This document shows positions 62,770-64,000 of a stretch of 64,000 bases of DNA, piece after piece. Position 1 is the stretch's first letter, and every line of letters starts with the position of its first letter. Source of the stretch: Lama glama (taxonomy: Eukaryota). Under the pieces are notes generated by a model. The model had not been told where the DNA came from. It searched no databases and saw only the letters and a list, made by a program, of their open reading frames with translations. The stretch covers positions 77,812,001-77,876,000 of the forward strand of contig CM052816.1 of NCBI GenBank assembly GCA_028534125.1, written 5' to 3'. Made by a program: the position numbers and the translations under genes.

Positions 62770-64000
62770 ATTTAAAGCAAAGTTAATCTGACATCTGTTC
62801 AAGGCTCCAGAAAAGCATCACTGAGCCTCATTATACAGTCATATGAAAGGTGAGGAAGGTATAAAGACCTAGAGATTTAAAAAGAAAAATCTGATATCAT
62901 CACTGTATTCTCCATGCTTGGTGCAAAAAACTGATATCCCATCTTTGTAGAAGTTAATATAATTAATAATTGTTATTTATTATTGATCATAAATATTACC
63001 TTATTAGTAAAAATCTTCTGAATGCTTCAAGTTTGCATTCAAATAATTTTCCTTCTGTTATATACCGTGGGTACATTCTTTCCCTAATGGCCAATGTAGT
63101 TCTTCTTTTAAAAAAAAAAAAAATCGCCCAAAGGCATACAAAGTACACAGATGGAGTGAAAACAATCCCCCCAAAATAACAATTTAAAAAACCCACATTC
63201 ACATTTGACCCTTCACTAAATCAAAATTCACTCGAATTAATGAGCAACATCATGAGGATCAGACAGCGACGCAGCCTAATTAGCTTGCATGGGGGCCATC
63301 AGATTGCTTTCCTACCAACCCAGCCCGCAGGTAATGAGGGCCGAAGTGGTTAAAAAAGGGGCATAGAGGAAGGCTAGGACCTGGCCACCGCAGAGGACCA
63401 GTGTCATTTCATTTCAAACTCCCCATAGGAAGCAACTCCAAAGCCCTAGGGAATGTCGTGATTTGTAACTTTGCTAAGGTACCAATTTGAGGCTGCTGTG
63501 TCCGAGAAACTGGTGACAGGACCCCAGCCAGCGGACCAGCCGCCACGGCTGGACTCCGCTTCATTCCTCATGGAAGGCACATCCAAAGTGACTCTGGCCA
63601 GTGATTTTTAAAACTTTGTTTCTGTGTGAAAAAACTGCTATCAAGTGAGAGAGAAAACCTCAGGGAGAGTTGGAGAGGTGGTGGCCTACAGTTACTGAGC
63701 AGTATCCGGGCAAACACAGAAACATTTGCCTCTCAATGGAAATGCCAAGAGAAATTCTCACTTTATTCTCAAATCTGGGGAGGCAGAAAGCTCTGGAGTA
63801 CAGTCCTCTGGATTGTCTACTGCAAACTCTTGCTTACCCAGGAGGACAGCAGGGTGAGTGAGGGTCCAGACTGAGGGGTTTTGAGCAGCCTGAGGCCATG
63901 GGCTGGGGGCGCTGGGGGACGTGGAGACAGAGTAGGTGGAAGCCCAAGAAAGAGGCTCACTTGGCGACTCTGCCTTCCCAAGCAGCTCTCGCTTAACTTC

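Overview
This window is eutherian mammalian genomic DNA, not prokaryotic. It is mostly non-coding and densely filled with transposon relics: MIR, L2, CR1/L3, MaLR/ERVL LTRs, hAT MER elements, old L1M/HAL1 and younger L1s. The younger L1 3' ends are cetartiodactyl-type. I saw no ruminant Bov-A/BovB, pig PRE-1 or cetacean CHR-2 SINEs, so a camelid is my best inference. I can support no intact protein-coding gene. The only recognisable protein fragments are frameshifted L1 ORF2 pieces. There are two assembly gaps (500 N and 100 N). The best unexplained signal lies at about 58-64 kb: a small CpG-rich patch with NRF1-type GCGCATGCG motifs at an exact 39-bp period, inside a cluster of minus-strand splice-site-bounded candidate exons. 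This suggests an alternative-promoter / 5' region of an unidentified minus-strand gene, with most of the window as its intron. Other notable items are a probable L1 3' transduction, an L1 that looks split by a local inversion, and a perfect 78-bp tandem duplication. Repeat subfamily names come from recalled consensus sequences. Boundaries are approximate unless TSDs or termini are quoted.
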